Source: Burkholderiales bacterium (lineage in GTDB: Bacteria > Pseudomonadota > Gammaproteobacteria > Burkholderiales > SG8-41). From it: 59,507 nt of DNA. Of this stretch, positions 43,496 to 52,755 are shown piece after piece. Position numbers and translations under genes: made by a program. Location of the stretch: contig JBKJKJ010000400.1 in the NCBI GenBank assembly GCA_046597455.1, positions 1 through 59,507 of the forward strand, read 5' to 3'. Each line of letters begins with the position of its first letter. The stretch's first letter is position 1. The notes below the pieces were generated by a model. That model did not search any database, was not told the DNA's origin, and was given only the letters and a program-made list of their open reading frames with translations.

Positions 43496-44527
43496 TTACA
43501 CGAGGCGCCATGCGACGTCCTCTCCGGCGCGAAACGGCACCAGGCGCTCGCCTCCGAACTCGAGTTCTTCAGGTATGCGCAGCGGCTGCTTCACGAGGGT
43601 GATGCGGGCCTCGTTGCGAGGCAGCCCGTAGAAATCGGCACCGAAGCCGCTGGCGAAGTTCTCCAGTTTGTCCAGCGCGCCCGCATTATCGAAGGCCTCG
43701 GCGTAGAGCTCGATGCCCGCACAGGCGGTGTAAATCCCGGCGCAGCCGCAGCTCGTTTCCTTGGTGTGACGCGCGTGCGGCGCGCTGTCAGTGCCGAGGA
43801 AAAACTTGCGGTTGCCGCTCGTCGCCGCCGCAACCAGCGCATCGCGGTGGGTTTCACGCTTGATCACCGGAAGACAATAGTAGTGCGGACGTATGCCACC
43901 GACGAGCATCGCATTGCGATTGAGGAGCAGGTGATGCGCGGTAATCGTCGCGGCGACGTTGTCCGGCGCCTCGCGCACGAAATCGGCGGCTTCGCGCGTG
44001 GTGATGTGCTCGACCACGATTTTCAGCGCTGGAAAGCGCGCTGCGAGCGGCTCCAGAACGCGTTCCAGGAAAACGCGTTCGCGATCGAAGATGTCGACCG
44101 CGGCATCGGTCACTTCGCCATGGACCAGCAGCGGCATGCCGTGCTCGGCCATCGCTTCGAATACCGGATAGCGGCCCACGAGGTCGGTGACACCCGAATC
44201 GGAGTTGGTGGTCGCCCCGGCCGGATAGTATTTCACCGCATGCACGGCGCCACTCGCTTTCGCGCGACCGATTTCCGCTGGTTGCGTCTTATCGGTCAGA
44301 TACAGCGTCATGAGCGGCTCGAAGCGCGCGCCCGCCGGCAGTGCCGCAACGATGCGCTCCCGGTAGGCCAGTGCGGCCTGCGTCGTGGCCACCGGCGGGC
44401 GCAGATTGGGCATGACGATGGCGCGGGCAAAACGCGTCGCCGTGTCGTGCAACACGGCGCGCATGTGCTCTGCATCCCGCAGGTGCAGGTGCCAGTCGTC
44501 GGGGCGGATAATGGTGATGCGTTGCAT
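43496..44527 (-). CDS. pyrC: Dihydroorotase (homodimeric type)
   Basis: 343 aa, [18 protein letters not shown]...[11 protein letters not shown]...[11 protein letters not shown]...LGTDSAPH. Confidence 0.93.
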   Translation of the reverse strand: MQRITIIRPDDWHLHLRDAEHMRAVLHDTATRFARAIVMPNLRPPVATTQAALAYRERIVAALPAGARFEPLMTLYLTDKTQPAEIGRAKASGAVHAVKYYPAGATTNSDSGVTDLVGRYPVFEAMAEHGMPLLVHGEVTDAAVDIFDRERVFLERVLEPLAARFPALKIVVEHITTREAADFVREAPDNVAATITAHHLLLNRNAMLVGGIRPHYYCLPVIKRETHRDALVAAATSGNRKFFLGTDSAPHARHTKETSCGCAGIYTACAGIELYAEAFDNAGALDKLENFASGFGADFYGLPRNEARITLVKQPLRIPEELEFGGERLVPFRAGEDVAWRLV

Positions 44528-44649
44528 GATCGTAAGCGGTGAGGCGCGTCACTGCGACGCCAATGCCGAATGTTAATCGCGAATGTCAGTTTCTCCGGCG
44601 CTTTTTTTCGTCGCGTGTTTCATCGCACCGCCCGACTTCAAACGCAGAT

Positions 44650-45528
44650 CTACACCTCGCCGCTGACGGCCTTCAGTTCCAGTGCGAGCGCATATAACTC
44701 ATTTTTGCGCGCCCCCGTGATTCGTGCGGCCAGCGCCGCCGCCTGCTTCACCGGCAGCTCCTGCAGCAGAATCTCGAGCGTGCGCCGGGCGTGCGCCTTC
44801 GCCGCGTCCTCGTCGCGTTGCGCGCCTTCCACGATGAGCACGAACTCGCCTTTCATCCGGTCAGGATCGGCGCCGAGCCACGCTGCGGCTTCGTTCAGAT
44901 CGCAGGTGTGTATCGACTCGAAGAGCTTCGTCATCTCGCGCGCGATGACCAGACGGCGGGCGCCGAGCACGGCGGCGAGATCGCCCACGCTCTCCAGTAC
45001 GCGGTGCGGCGCCTCGTAGAAAACCAGCAAATACGGTAACCCCGCGATGGCTTCGAGCTCTTTGCGGCGCTCCGAGGCTTTCGATGAAAGAAATCCATAG
45101 AAAAGATGCGGCCCCGCGAGCCCGCTCGCCGAAAGTGCGGCGGCGGCCGCATTGGCACCGGGTATGGGCACGACCGTGTGACCCGCCTCTCGCACCGCCG
45201 CGACGAGGCGCGCGCCGGGATCCGAAAATGCGGGCGTCCCCGCATCGCTTACCAGTGCCACGGAGCGGCCGGCTTCGAGCTGCGCCACGATCCGTGGCGC
45301 CGTACGCTGCTCGTTGTGCTCGTGCAGCGCCGTCAGCTTTGTCTGGATGGCGTACCGGTCGAGCAGCTTCGACGTGACCCGGGTGTCTTCGGCGGCGATG
45401 ACATCGACCCCCTTGAGGATTTCGAGCGCGCGCAGCGTGACATCCTTGAGGTTACCAATGGGCGTGGCGACTACATATAATGTCGCCTTTGCTCTTTCGG
45501 AATTCTCATGCCCATCCGCGCGCTCCAT
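44650..45528 (-). CDS. rsmI: 16S rRNA (cytidine1402-2'-O)-methyltransferase
   Basis: 292 aa, LYVVATPIGNLKDVTLRALEILKGVDVIAAEDTR...SDAGTPAFSDPG. Confidence 0.93.
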   Translation of the reverse strand: MERADGHENSERAKATLYVVATPIGNLKDVTLRALEILKGVDVIAAEDTRVTSKLLDRYAIQTKLTALHEHNEQRTAPRIVAQLEAGRSVALVSDAGTPAFSDPGARLVAAVREAGHTVVPIPGANAAAAALSASGLAGPHLFYGFLSSKASERRKELEAIAGLPYLLVFYEAPHRVLESVGDLAAVLGARRLVIAREMTKLFESIHTCDLNEAAAWLGADPDRMKGEFVLIVEGAQRDEDAAKAHARRTLEILLQELPVKQAAALAARITGARKNELYALALELKAVSGEV

Positions 45529-46614
45529 CGGTGGTCGTTCTCGCTGTGGGTTGTCGCTCTACTATACGGGGGCGTAGCCGCGGGCGCCACTGACGCGCCG
45601 TATACCAGTGTGGGACAGGCGAGCGCCGATCCTACGATTTCGCCGCACGTCGCACTGCTCCTCCCCACCGGCTCGGACGTCTTCGCAAAACCGGCCGAAG
45701 CCGTACGCGCGGGATTCCTCGAAGCGGCGAAAAAGCAGACGGGCGCACCGATCGCGGTGCGGTTGTATGCCGCCACTGAAGACCCTAAAGACGTCGTGCA
45801 GGCCTACCGCAACGCGGTCGCTGCCGGCGCGCGCATCGTGGTGGGGCCGCTCACTCGCAATGGTGTGACGGCAATCGCGACCACGCTCAACCTGCTCAGC
45901 GTGCCCACGCTCGCCCTCAACGCACCCGAAGGCGTCGCCGCGAATCCGTCCAACCTCTACTCGCTCAGTCTTCAGGTCGAAGGCGAAGCACGCCAGATGG
46001 CGCAACTCGCGCTGAAAGAAGGGCGCCGCAGAGCGCTGACCGTCTCAGAGCCCACTGCGCTGGGCAAGCGCTCGCGCGAGGCTTTCATCAACGAGTTCGA
46101 GCGCGGGGGCGGATACCATATCGCCGACTATCTCTTCGCCACCGACAGCATGAGTCTCGATGGCATGCGGCGGGCAGGCAGCCTCGGAGTTGCCGACATG
46201 GTTTTTCTCGCGGTCGAAGCGCCACACGCGCGGCTCGTCAGACCACAGTTCGCAGGCCTGCAGGCCTACGGCACTTCGCAGATCAACCCCGGCTCCGCCC
46301 CACCTACCGGTTTCATCGACCTCAACGATTTGCGCTTCGTCGACATGCCCTGGCTGCTGCAGCCCGATCACCCCGCAGTGATGGTGTATGCCATTCGCGC
46401 AACGCGCGAGCCTGACGATTTCGAACGCCTGCGCGCCCTGGGCATCGACGCATTCCGGGTCGCCGTGGAATTGCGCGAAGGCAAGCGCAGTTTCGACATC
46501 GATGGGGTCACCGGCCGCCTGACGCTGGCGCCGGACGGCCAGATCAGGCGCGCCCTGCCGGTCGCTCGAATCGTCGGTGGGCAGCTTAGCGTCGTGAGCG
46601 ATCCGAAGCCGTGA
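45508..46614 (+). CDS. Penicillin-binding protein activator LpoA-like periplasmic protein
   Basis: 368 aa with a signal peptide and a type-I periplasmic-binding-fold-like body. It is divergent from rsmI and followed by yraN-diaA-dolP, as in the E. coli rsmI/lpoA locus. It lacks the long N-terminal TPR domain of E. coli LpoA. Confidence 0.7.
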   Translation: MPIRALHRWSFSLWVVALLYGGVAAGATDAPYTSVGQASADPTISPHVALLLPTGSDVFAKPAEAVRAGFLEAAKKQTGAPIAVRLYAATEDPKDVVQAYRNAVAAGARIVVGPLTRNGVTAIATTLNLLSVPTLALNAPEGVAANPSNLYSLSLQVEGEARQMAQLALKEGRRRALTVSEPTALGKRSREAFINEFERGGGYHIADYLFATDSMSLDGMRRAGSLGVADMVFLAVEAPHARLVRPQFAGLQAYGTSQINPGSAPPTGFIDLNDLRFVDMPWLLQPDHPAVMVYAIRATREPDDFERLRALGIDAFRVAVELREGKRSFDIDGVTGRLTLAPDGQIRRALPVARIVGGQLSVVSDPKP

Positions 46615-46949
46615 TACGCGGCGCCGAAGCCGAAACCATGGCGGCGGCTTTTCTGGAACGCGCGGGACTCAGGGTAATCGAACGCAACTATCGCTGCCGC
46701 CTGGGCGAAATCGATCTCGTGGCGCGGGACGGCGCGACCACGGTGTTCGTGGAAGTGAGGCAGCGCGCCTCGTCCGCATTCGGCGGTGCGGCGGCAAGCA
46801 TTACCGCGGCCAAACGCCAGCGGCTGATCAAGGCCGCGCGGCATTACCTTTCGAGGCTGCGCACGTTACCGCAATGCCGCTTCGATGCGCTGCTCATCGA
46901 AGGTGACCCGCCGCGCATCGATTGGGTCAAAAACGCCTTCGGGGAGTAG
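46611..46949 (+). CDS. yraN: YraN-family (UPF0102) endonuclease-like protein
   Basis: 112 aa, GAEAETMAAAFLERAGLRVIERNYRCRLGEIDLVARDGATTVFVEVRQR. Confidence 0.85.
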   Translation: MIRGAEAETMAAAFLERAGLRVIERNYRCRLGEIDLVARDGATTVFVEVRQRASSAFGGAAASITAAKRQRLIKAARHYLSRLRTLPQCRFDALLIEGDPPRIDWVKNAFGE

Positions 46950-46963
46950 CTCCTGTACAATAG

Positions 46964-47560
<597 letters not shown>

Positions 47561-48130
47561 ATGCGCCTATTCATCACCGTGCTCGCGATTGCTCTCCTTC
47601 CTGCCCTGAACGGCTGCGCCTTGGTCGCCCTGGGCGGCGCCGCCGCAGCGGGCGGCTATCTCGTCGGTGAGGATCGCCGCGCAGGTCCGGTGATGGCCGA
47701 GGATCAGTCGATCGAGATCAAAGCGAGCAATCGTCTGAATGACAAGTATCCCAATGCGCACATCAGCTCGACGTCGTACAACAGGCACGTGCTGCTGGCG
47801 GGCGAAGTTCCCGACGCCGCGGCGAAAGCGGAAGCCGAGCAGATCGTGCGCGGCATAGAAGGGGTCCGCGGCACGTTCAACGAGCTGCAGATCGGCCCCG
47901 TGAGCGCGCTTTCCGCGCGCGCCAACGATTCGTACATCACGTCCAAAGTGAAAGCACGCTTTGTCGACAGCCGACGATTCAATGTGGTGCACGTCAAAGT
48001 CGTGACCGACGCGAGCACGGTATATCTCATGGGTATCGTCAAAAAGCAGGAAGCGAACGACGCCACCGAACTCGCCCGCACGACGAGCGGCGTGACCCGG
48101 GTCGTGCGCCTTTTCGAATACCAGGACTGA
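47561..48130 (+). CDS. BON-domain outer-membrane lipoprotein (DolP/YraP-like)
   Basis: 189 aa with a lipobox (LPALNGC) and two BON-like repeats (…VLLAGEVPDAAAKAEAEQIVRGIEGV… and …VYLMGIVKKQEANDATELARTTSGV…). Confidence 0.8.
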   Translation: MRLFITVLAIALLPALNGCALVALGGAAAAGGYLVGEDRRAGPVMAEDQSIEIKASNRLNDKYPNAHISSTSYNRHVLLAGEVPDAAAKAEAEQIVRGIEGVRGTFNELQIGPVSALSARANDSYITSKVKARFVDSRRFNVVHVKVVTDASTVYLMGIVKKQEANDATELARTTSGVTRVVRLFEYQD

Positions 48131-48154
48131 CGCACCCCGCGTGAGGCGTACCGC

Positions 48155-48664
48155 GTGAGCCCCGACGCGAAAGCCGACGTTTACGCCACGCCTGCTTTCG
48201 AAAGCAAGATCTGTCCGCTCGCCGATCTCGCCGGACGCGCCGCCACACTACCTCGACCGGTGGTATTCACGAACGGCGTCTTCGACATACTCCACCGCGG
48301 CCATGTCACCTACCTCGCGCAGGCACGCGGGCTGGGGGCGAGCCTCATCGTCGCGCTTAACACCGACGCATCGGTGCGGCGCCTGGGCAAAGGTGGCGAT
48401 CGCCCACTCAATACGCAGGCCGACCGCGCAGCCGTGATCGCCGCGCTGGAGCCGGTGAGCCTCGTCACCTGGTTCGACGAGGACACGCCGCTCGAGCTCA
48501 TCCTCGGACTCAAGCCGGATATTCTCGTCAAAGGCGGCGACTGGCGTGCGCAGGACATCGTCGGCGCCTCGGCGGTGCAAGGCTGGGGCGGAACCGTGCA
48601 TTCGATCCCGTTCGAGCATCAGCGCTCGACCACTGCGCTGCTCGAAAAAATCCGCCGGCCGTAA
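48155..48664 (+). CDS. D-glycero-beta-D-manno-heptose 1-phosphate adenylyltransferase (RfaE domain II type)
   Basis: 169 aa with a cytidylyltransferase signature, VFTNGVFDILHRGHVTYL...ALNTDASVRRLGKGGDRPLN...DILVKGGDW. Confidence 0.85.
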   Translation: MSPDAKADVYATPAFESKICPLADLAGRAATLPRPVVFTNGVFDILHRGHVTYLAQARGLGASLIVALNTDASVRRLGKGGDRPLNTQADRAAVIAALEPVSLVTWFDEDTPLELILGLKPDILVKGGDWRAQDIVGASAVQGWGGTVHSIPFEHQRSTTALLEKIRRP

Positions 48665-48736
48665 AGCCGGCGCAGTCGTTTCAAACTCGAGGATTTTCGC
48701 GCGTAAGGGCGGGATCCGGTTTTGCGGCGCCCTCGC

Positions 48737-49177
48737 CTAGATCGGGCACGCGCCGGCCTTGATCTGCGTCGATGGAAAACCGCGCTGCAATTCCGCGATC
48801 CGCGCCACGGTCGCCGCGTCCGGCTCGCGCACGTAGTACGCGTAGCGTTTGGCGCCGGCGCTTTCCCCCAGCGTGCGCTGCATCGGCGGCCGCGGCAACT
48901 CCAGCCGGCCCAGTGCCACTTCGGCTTTACCCGCTTCGATCACCCCAAACGGACCCCATTCGAGGCATGCCGACTTCGCCGCCTGCCCGCCCGGACCGCG
49001 TGTGGCCGCGTTCATGAGCTTGATCCGGGCCGGATTGATCTGAAGGTCCTCGATTCGCGACGCAGCCGCGGCGCGGTTCCCGAGGCTGAGGCGCGCGTAT
49101 GCAAAAAAAAGCACGTTCGCGAGCAGAAGCACGAAAAACACCAGCCTCGCGTTGATTTTGCGCCGTTCAGACATCAC
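48737..49177 (-). CDS. Bitopic membrane protein with a SPOR-like C-terminal domain
   Basis: 146 aa with an N-terminal TM segment (LVFFVLLLANVLFFAYA) and a C-terminal CLEWGPFGVIEAGKAEVALGRL... resembling SPOR. A SPOR gene downstream of birA-coaX is usual in betaproteobacteria. Confidence 0.5.
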   Translation of the reverse strand: MMSERRKINARLVFFVLLLANVLFFAYARLSLGNRAAAASRIEDLQINPARIKLMNAATRGPGGQAAKSACLEWGPFGVIEAGKAEVALGRLELPRPPMQRTLGESAGAKRYAYYVREPDAATVARIAELQRGFPSTQIKAGACPI

Positions 49178-49898
49178 TCGTTCCTATGCATATCAGTCCT
49201 TCGAGCACCAGATTATCCACGACTTGAACACGTAAGGTCAGCAGGGGCTCGAGCATGGCAGCGCTCCCCCCGGACAGCAGCGTCGCCGCATCGCCTTCGC
49301 CGGTCTGCGTCATGTAGCGGATCATGCGGTCGATCGCCCCGGCCAGCGCGTTGGCTGCGCCGCTGGAAATGGCATCGCCCGTATTGTCCGGAAAGAACCT
49401 GAAGCTGCCGTCCTGCGATTTCAGCAGCGCGGTGTTGCGGGCGAGCGACTGGCGCATCAGGTCGTAGCCCGGCACGATAAAGCCGCCGAGAAAAATGCCT
49501 TCAGCGGAAAGCGCATCGACCGTCATCGTGGTGCCCGCATTCACCACGGCGCACGGGCCGTCGTGAAGCGCGCGCGCGCCGATGAGCGCCGCCCATCGAT
49601 CGGGACCGAGCTGATCCGGCCGGGCATAGCTGCTGCGCACCCCGCACTGCTCGATGCGGCTGACGATCCACAACGGTGGGGGCTCGAACACGCCGAGCGC
49701 TTCGGCGATCCGCGCTGCGGCCTCATCACCCGCGACGTTCGCGACCACGATGCGATCCGGCGGGGTCAGTCGCCAAACGGCACCGGCCAGCTCGTCGGCC
49801 TGCGCCGTTTCGACCGCGCCACGCTCCAGCCATCGGCCGCTTTCGTGCAGGCCCCATTTGATGCGGCTGTTTCCGGAATCGATTGCCAGGATTTTCAT
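49167..49898 (-). CDS. coaX: Type III pantothenate kinase
   Basis: The internal ATG forms an ATGA overlap with the birA stop. The product is MKILAIDSGNSRIKWGL...VVNAGTTMTVD.... Confidence 0.93.
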   Translation of the reverse strand: MKILAIDSGNSRIKWGLHESGRWLERGAVETAQADELAGAVWRLTPPDRIVVANVAGDEAAARIAEALGVFEPPPLWIVSRIEQCGVRSSYARPDQLGPDRWAALIGARALHDGPCAVVNAGTTMTVDALSAEGIFLGGFIVPGYDLMRQSLARNTALLKSQDGSFRFFPDNTGDAISSGAANALAGAIDRMIRYMTQTGEGDAATLLSGGSAAMLEPLLTLRVQVVDNLVLEGLICIGTSDV

Positions 49899-50914
49899 GC
49901 GCCGCTCTTGGCGCGGGCGCCCGGTCCGCGCAACGCCGGCGCGGTCCGTCGCAGACTGATTTCGCCGCTGTGCAGCCGGCGCACCGCCGTGCCCGACTGA
50001 AAAAGCAGCGCGCCGTCGTCCGCCACGCCGAGCGCGATACCCTCTTCGGTGCGTCCGGTGGGCAGTTTCACCGCGACACGCTGACCCTGATGCGCGTGAT
50101 GGCGCTCCCACTCTTGCCGCAGCGGCGCGAAGCCGCGCTCTGCAAAATCATCGAGAACACGCGTGAGCTCGACCAGGACGGTCGCCAGGACCGCGCTTCG
50201 GTCGAGCGCGTGCCCGCATGCGCTTTGCAGATCGATGCAGGGCTGGTCGATGCGGCTGCGCATCGCCGGCGACAGGCGCACATTGAGACCCAGTCCGATG
50301 ACGACTGCGCTCGGACCCAGCGCGTCGCCGTGCATCTCGATCAGCATTCCGGCGAGCTTTTGTGCGCGCCACAGCACGTCGTTGGGCCACTTGAGCTGCG
50401 CCCCTTCGACACCCAGCGCGTTCAGTGCGCGGATGACCGCGACACCGACGGAGAGACTCAGCCCGCCCATCGCACCGGCGCCCTGGGCGTAGCGCCAGAG
50501 GATCGAGAACGTCAGCGAGCGCCCGACACCGGCCTGCCATACCCGTCCCATTCGTCCGCGCCCGCTGCGCTGCCATTCCGCGGCCATGACGCTGCCACTG
50601 GGCGCCCCGCTTCCGGCTCGCTCCATCAACAGGGTGTTGGTCGAGTCCGCGATGTCCACGACTTCGATCGACAGGCTCGATGCGTGCGTCCCTGCGCAGC
50701 GCGCGACTTCCCGGGCATCGAGCAGCGACACCGGCTCGGAGAGCTTGTAGCCGCGCCCGCGAACCTTGTAGACCTCGAGCTCCGCGCTTTCGAGCGCGCG
50801 CACCGCATTCCACACCGTGCCGCGAGATACGCCGAGCGTGCGCGCAAGCCGGGCGCCGGAGTGGAATTCGCCGTTTGCGAGTAGCCGCAGGAGCCTGAAG
50901 GAGAGGTCCGTCAT
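49895..50914 (-). CDS. birA: Bifunctional biotin--[acetyl-CoA-carboxylase] ligase / biotin operon repressor
   Basis: The internal ATG gives MTDLSFRLLRLLANGEFHSGARLARTLGVSRGTVWNAVRAL (HTH), followed by ...QRSGRGRMGRVW.... Confidence 0.93.
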   Translation of the reverse strand: MTDLSFRLLRLLANGEFHSGARLARTLGVSRGTVWNAVRALESAELEVYKVRGRGYKLSEPVSLLDAREVARCAGTHASSLSIEVVDIADSTNTLLMERAGSGAPSGSVMAAEWQRSGRGRMGRVWQAGVGRSLTFSILWRYAQGAGAMGGLSLSVGVAVIRALNALGVEGAQLKWPNDVLWRAQKLAGMLIEMHGDALGPSAVVIGLGLNVRLSPAMRSRIDQPCIDLQSACGHALDRSAVLATVLVELTRVLDDFAERGFAPLRQEWERHHAHQGQRVAVKLPTGRTEEGIALGVADDGALLFQSGTAVRRLHSGEISLRRTAPALRGPGARAKSGA

Positions 50915-50962
50915 GGGGCGTATAGAATATCCGATACCCGATCCCACAGCGGAGGACGATTG

Positions 50963-51940
50963 ATGAGCACGCGTTCACTTGTAGTCGCCTCACTCGGTGC
51001 GGCGTTGCTGTTGCCGCTGCTCACCCACGCGGCTGAACAGTCCCGCTACCCGTCGCGCCCCATCCGGGTGATCGTGCCTTACACCCCTGGTGGAATTACC
51101 GACGTGACGACACGCATGGTGACGCAGGAGCTCGTCAAGAGCTTCAGCCAGAACGTGATCGTCGACAACCGGCCCGGCGCGAACAGCATCATCGGTGTGG
51201 ACCTGGTGGCCAAGTCGAGCCCCGACGGCTACACGCTCGCTTCGGTGATCGCAGCCCACGCCGCCAACCAGACGCTCTATCCGAAGCTGCCTTACGACTC
51301 GATCAAGAGCTTCGCGCCGGTGTCGCTGCTCGCGACTGCGCCGCTGATTCTTTGCGTGACGAATTCCCTGCCGGTCAAAACGGTCAAGGATCTCGTGGAC
51401 CTCGCAAAAGCCAAACCCGGGACACTTACGTTTGCTTCGAGCGGCATCGGCGCCGCGGCCCATCTCACCACCGAGCTCCTGATGCTGACCACCGGCACGA
51501 AATTGATACACGTGCCCTACAAAGGCACCGCGCCGGCGCTGCTGGATCTCTCGGGCGGCCAGGTGACGATGATGATGGACACGCCCGGATCGATGCTTCC
51601 GCACTCGCGGGCCGGGAGGATCCGTGCGCTCGCGATGGCGTCGGAAAAGCGGGTCGCCGTCGCGCCCGAACTTCCGACGTTCATCGAATCCGGCGTTCAG
51701 GTGGTCGGCGGTACCTGGGTCGGCATCCTGGCGCCCGCGGGCACGCCGCGCGATGTTGTCAACACACTGAGCCGCGAAATGCAGCAGGTCCTCAAACGTC
51801 AGGACCTGAAAGACCGCTTTCTTCAGCTCGGCATCGATCCGGTCGGCAACACACCGGAGGAGTTCACCCACTTTCTGAAGGATGAAGTTGCGAAGTGGGG
51901 GAAAGTCATCCGTGCAGCCAACGTGAAAGTGGAATCGTAA
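50963..51940 (+). CDS. Bug-family (TctC-like) tripartite tricarboxylate transporter substrate-binding protein
   Basis: ATG has GGAGGA 6 nt upstream. After a signal peptide the product reads YPSRPIRVIVPYTPGGITDVTTRMVTQEL...VDNRPGANSIIG. Confidence 0.9.
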   Translation: MSTRSLVVASLGAALLLPLLTHAAEQSRYPSRPIRVIVPYTPGGITDVTTRMVTQELVKSFSQNVIVDNRPGANSIIGVDLVAKSSPDGYTLASVIAAHAANQTLYPKLPYDSIKSFAPVSLLATAPLILCVTNSLPVKTVKDLVDLAKAKPGTLTFASSGIGAAAHLTTELLMLTTGTKLIHVPYKGTAPALLDLSGGQVTMMMDTPGSMLPHSRAGRIRALAMASEKRVAVAPELPTFIESGVQVVGGTWVGILAPAGTPRDVVNTLSREMQQVLKRQDLKDRFLQLGIDPVGNTPEEFTHFLKDEVAKWGKVIRAANVKVES

Positions 51941-51951
51941 CGTTGAGGAAA

Positions 51952-52662
51952 GTGAAGACGCACATCGTCGCCATGGGCGGCATGGCACTGCCGCCCGAGC
52001 TCGACAATCTTCTGCTCATCCAGTATTTCCTTCGGCAGACCGGCCGCAAAAAACCGAAAGTCGCCTTCATCGGCACCGCGCACGGCGATTCCGAAATCGG
52101 ACGGCTGCGCTTTTACGCCGGTTTCAGCCAGTTCGACTGCAAGCCTACGCATTTGCCCCTGTTCGCGCGCACGCCGCGTGACCTCGAGTCCTTCGTGCTC
52201 GAGCAGGACGCGATTTACGTCGGCGGCGGCAACACCCGCAGCCTGCTCGCCGTATGGCGCGACTGGGGTCTGGACCGGCATCTGCGAGCCGCGTGGGAGC
52301 GCGGCGTCGTGCTCGGCGGCGCGAGCGCAGGCTCGATCTGCTGGTTCGAGCACGGCGTCACGGACTCGATCGCGGGCCCCCTGACCGCGTTGTCGTGCCT
52401 GGGTTTTCTGGAGGGCAGCAATTGTCCGCACTACGACAGCGAACTTAAGCGCCGGCCGACGTTCCAAAAGCTGGTTGCCCGCGGCACGATTCCCCACGGC
52501 TACTCGGCCGACGACGGCGCAGCGCTGCATTTTGTCGACGGCACATTTGCGCGCGCCGTGTCGTCCATCCGCGGAAAAAAGGCCTATCGCGTGACGCGAG
52601 CAGGCAGAAATGCCGCGGAACGTATATTGCCTACTCAGTTCCTGGGTGGCGCCTCCGTATAA
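51952..52662 (+). CDS. Peptidase S51 (dipeptidase E-like) family protein
   Basis: Track ORF 51895..52662 overlaps the Bug gene, so the start is placed at GTG 51952 (ATG 51973 is also possible). The product contains ...IYVGGGNTRSLLAVW...VLGGASAGSICWFEHGVTDS.... Confidence 0.7.
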   Translation: MKTHIVAMGGMALPPELDNLLLIQYFLRQTGRKKPKVAFIGTAHGDSEIGRLRFYAGFSQFDCKPTHLPLFARTPRDLESFVLEQDAIYVGGGNTRSLLAVWRDWGLDRHLRAAWERGVVLGGASAGSICWFEHGVTDSIAGPLTALSCLGFLEGSNCPHYDSELKRRPTFQKLVARGTIPHGYSADDGAALHFVDGTFARAVSSIRGKKAYRVTRAGRNAAERILPTQFLGGASV

Positions 52663-52755
52663 TTCAGGTTCATCAGTAATTCATGTCATAGCCGCACTCC
52701 TTCGCGGGCCGCCGACATTGATGGCATTGATTCATGCATCGGTAAGGAATTTATT

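Noticed and set aside
52718-52731. TTGATggcaTTGAT upstream of the RTX gene as an Fnr/Crp-type box for the neighbouring regulator
   Set aside because: The half-sites are direct, not inverted (the consensus is TTGAT-N4-ATCAA). The overlapping TTGATtcatGCATC matches only 2 of 5 positions in the second half.
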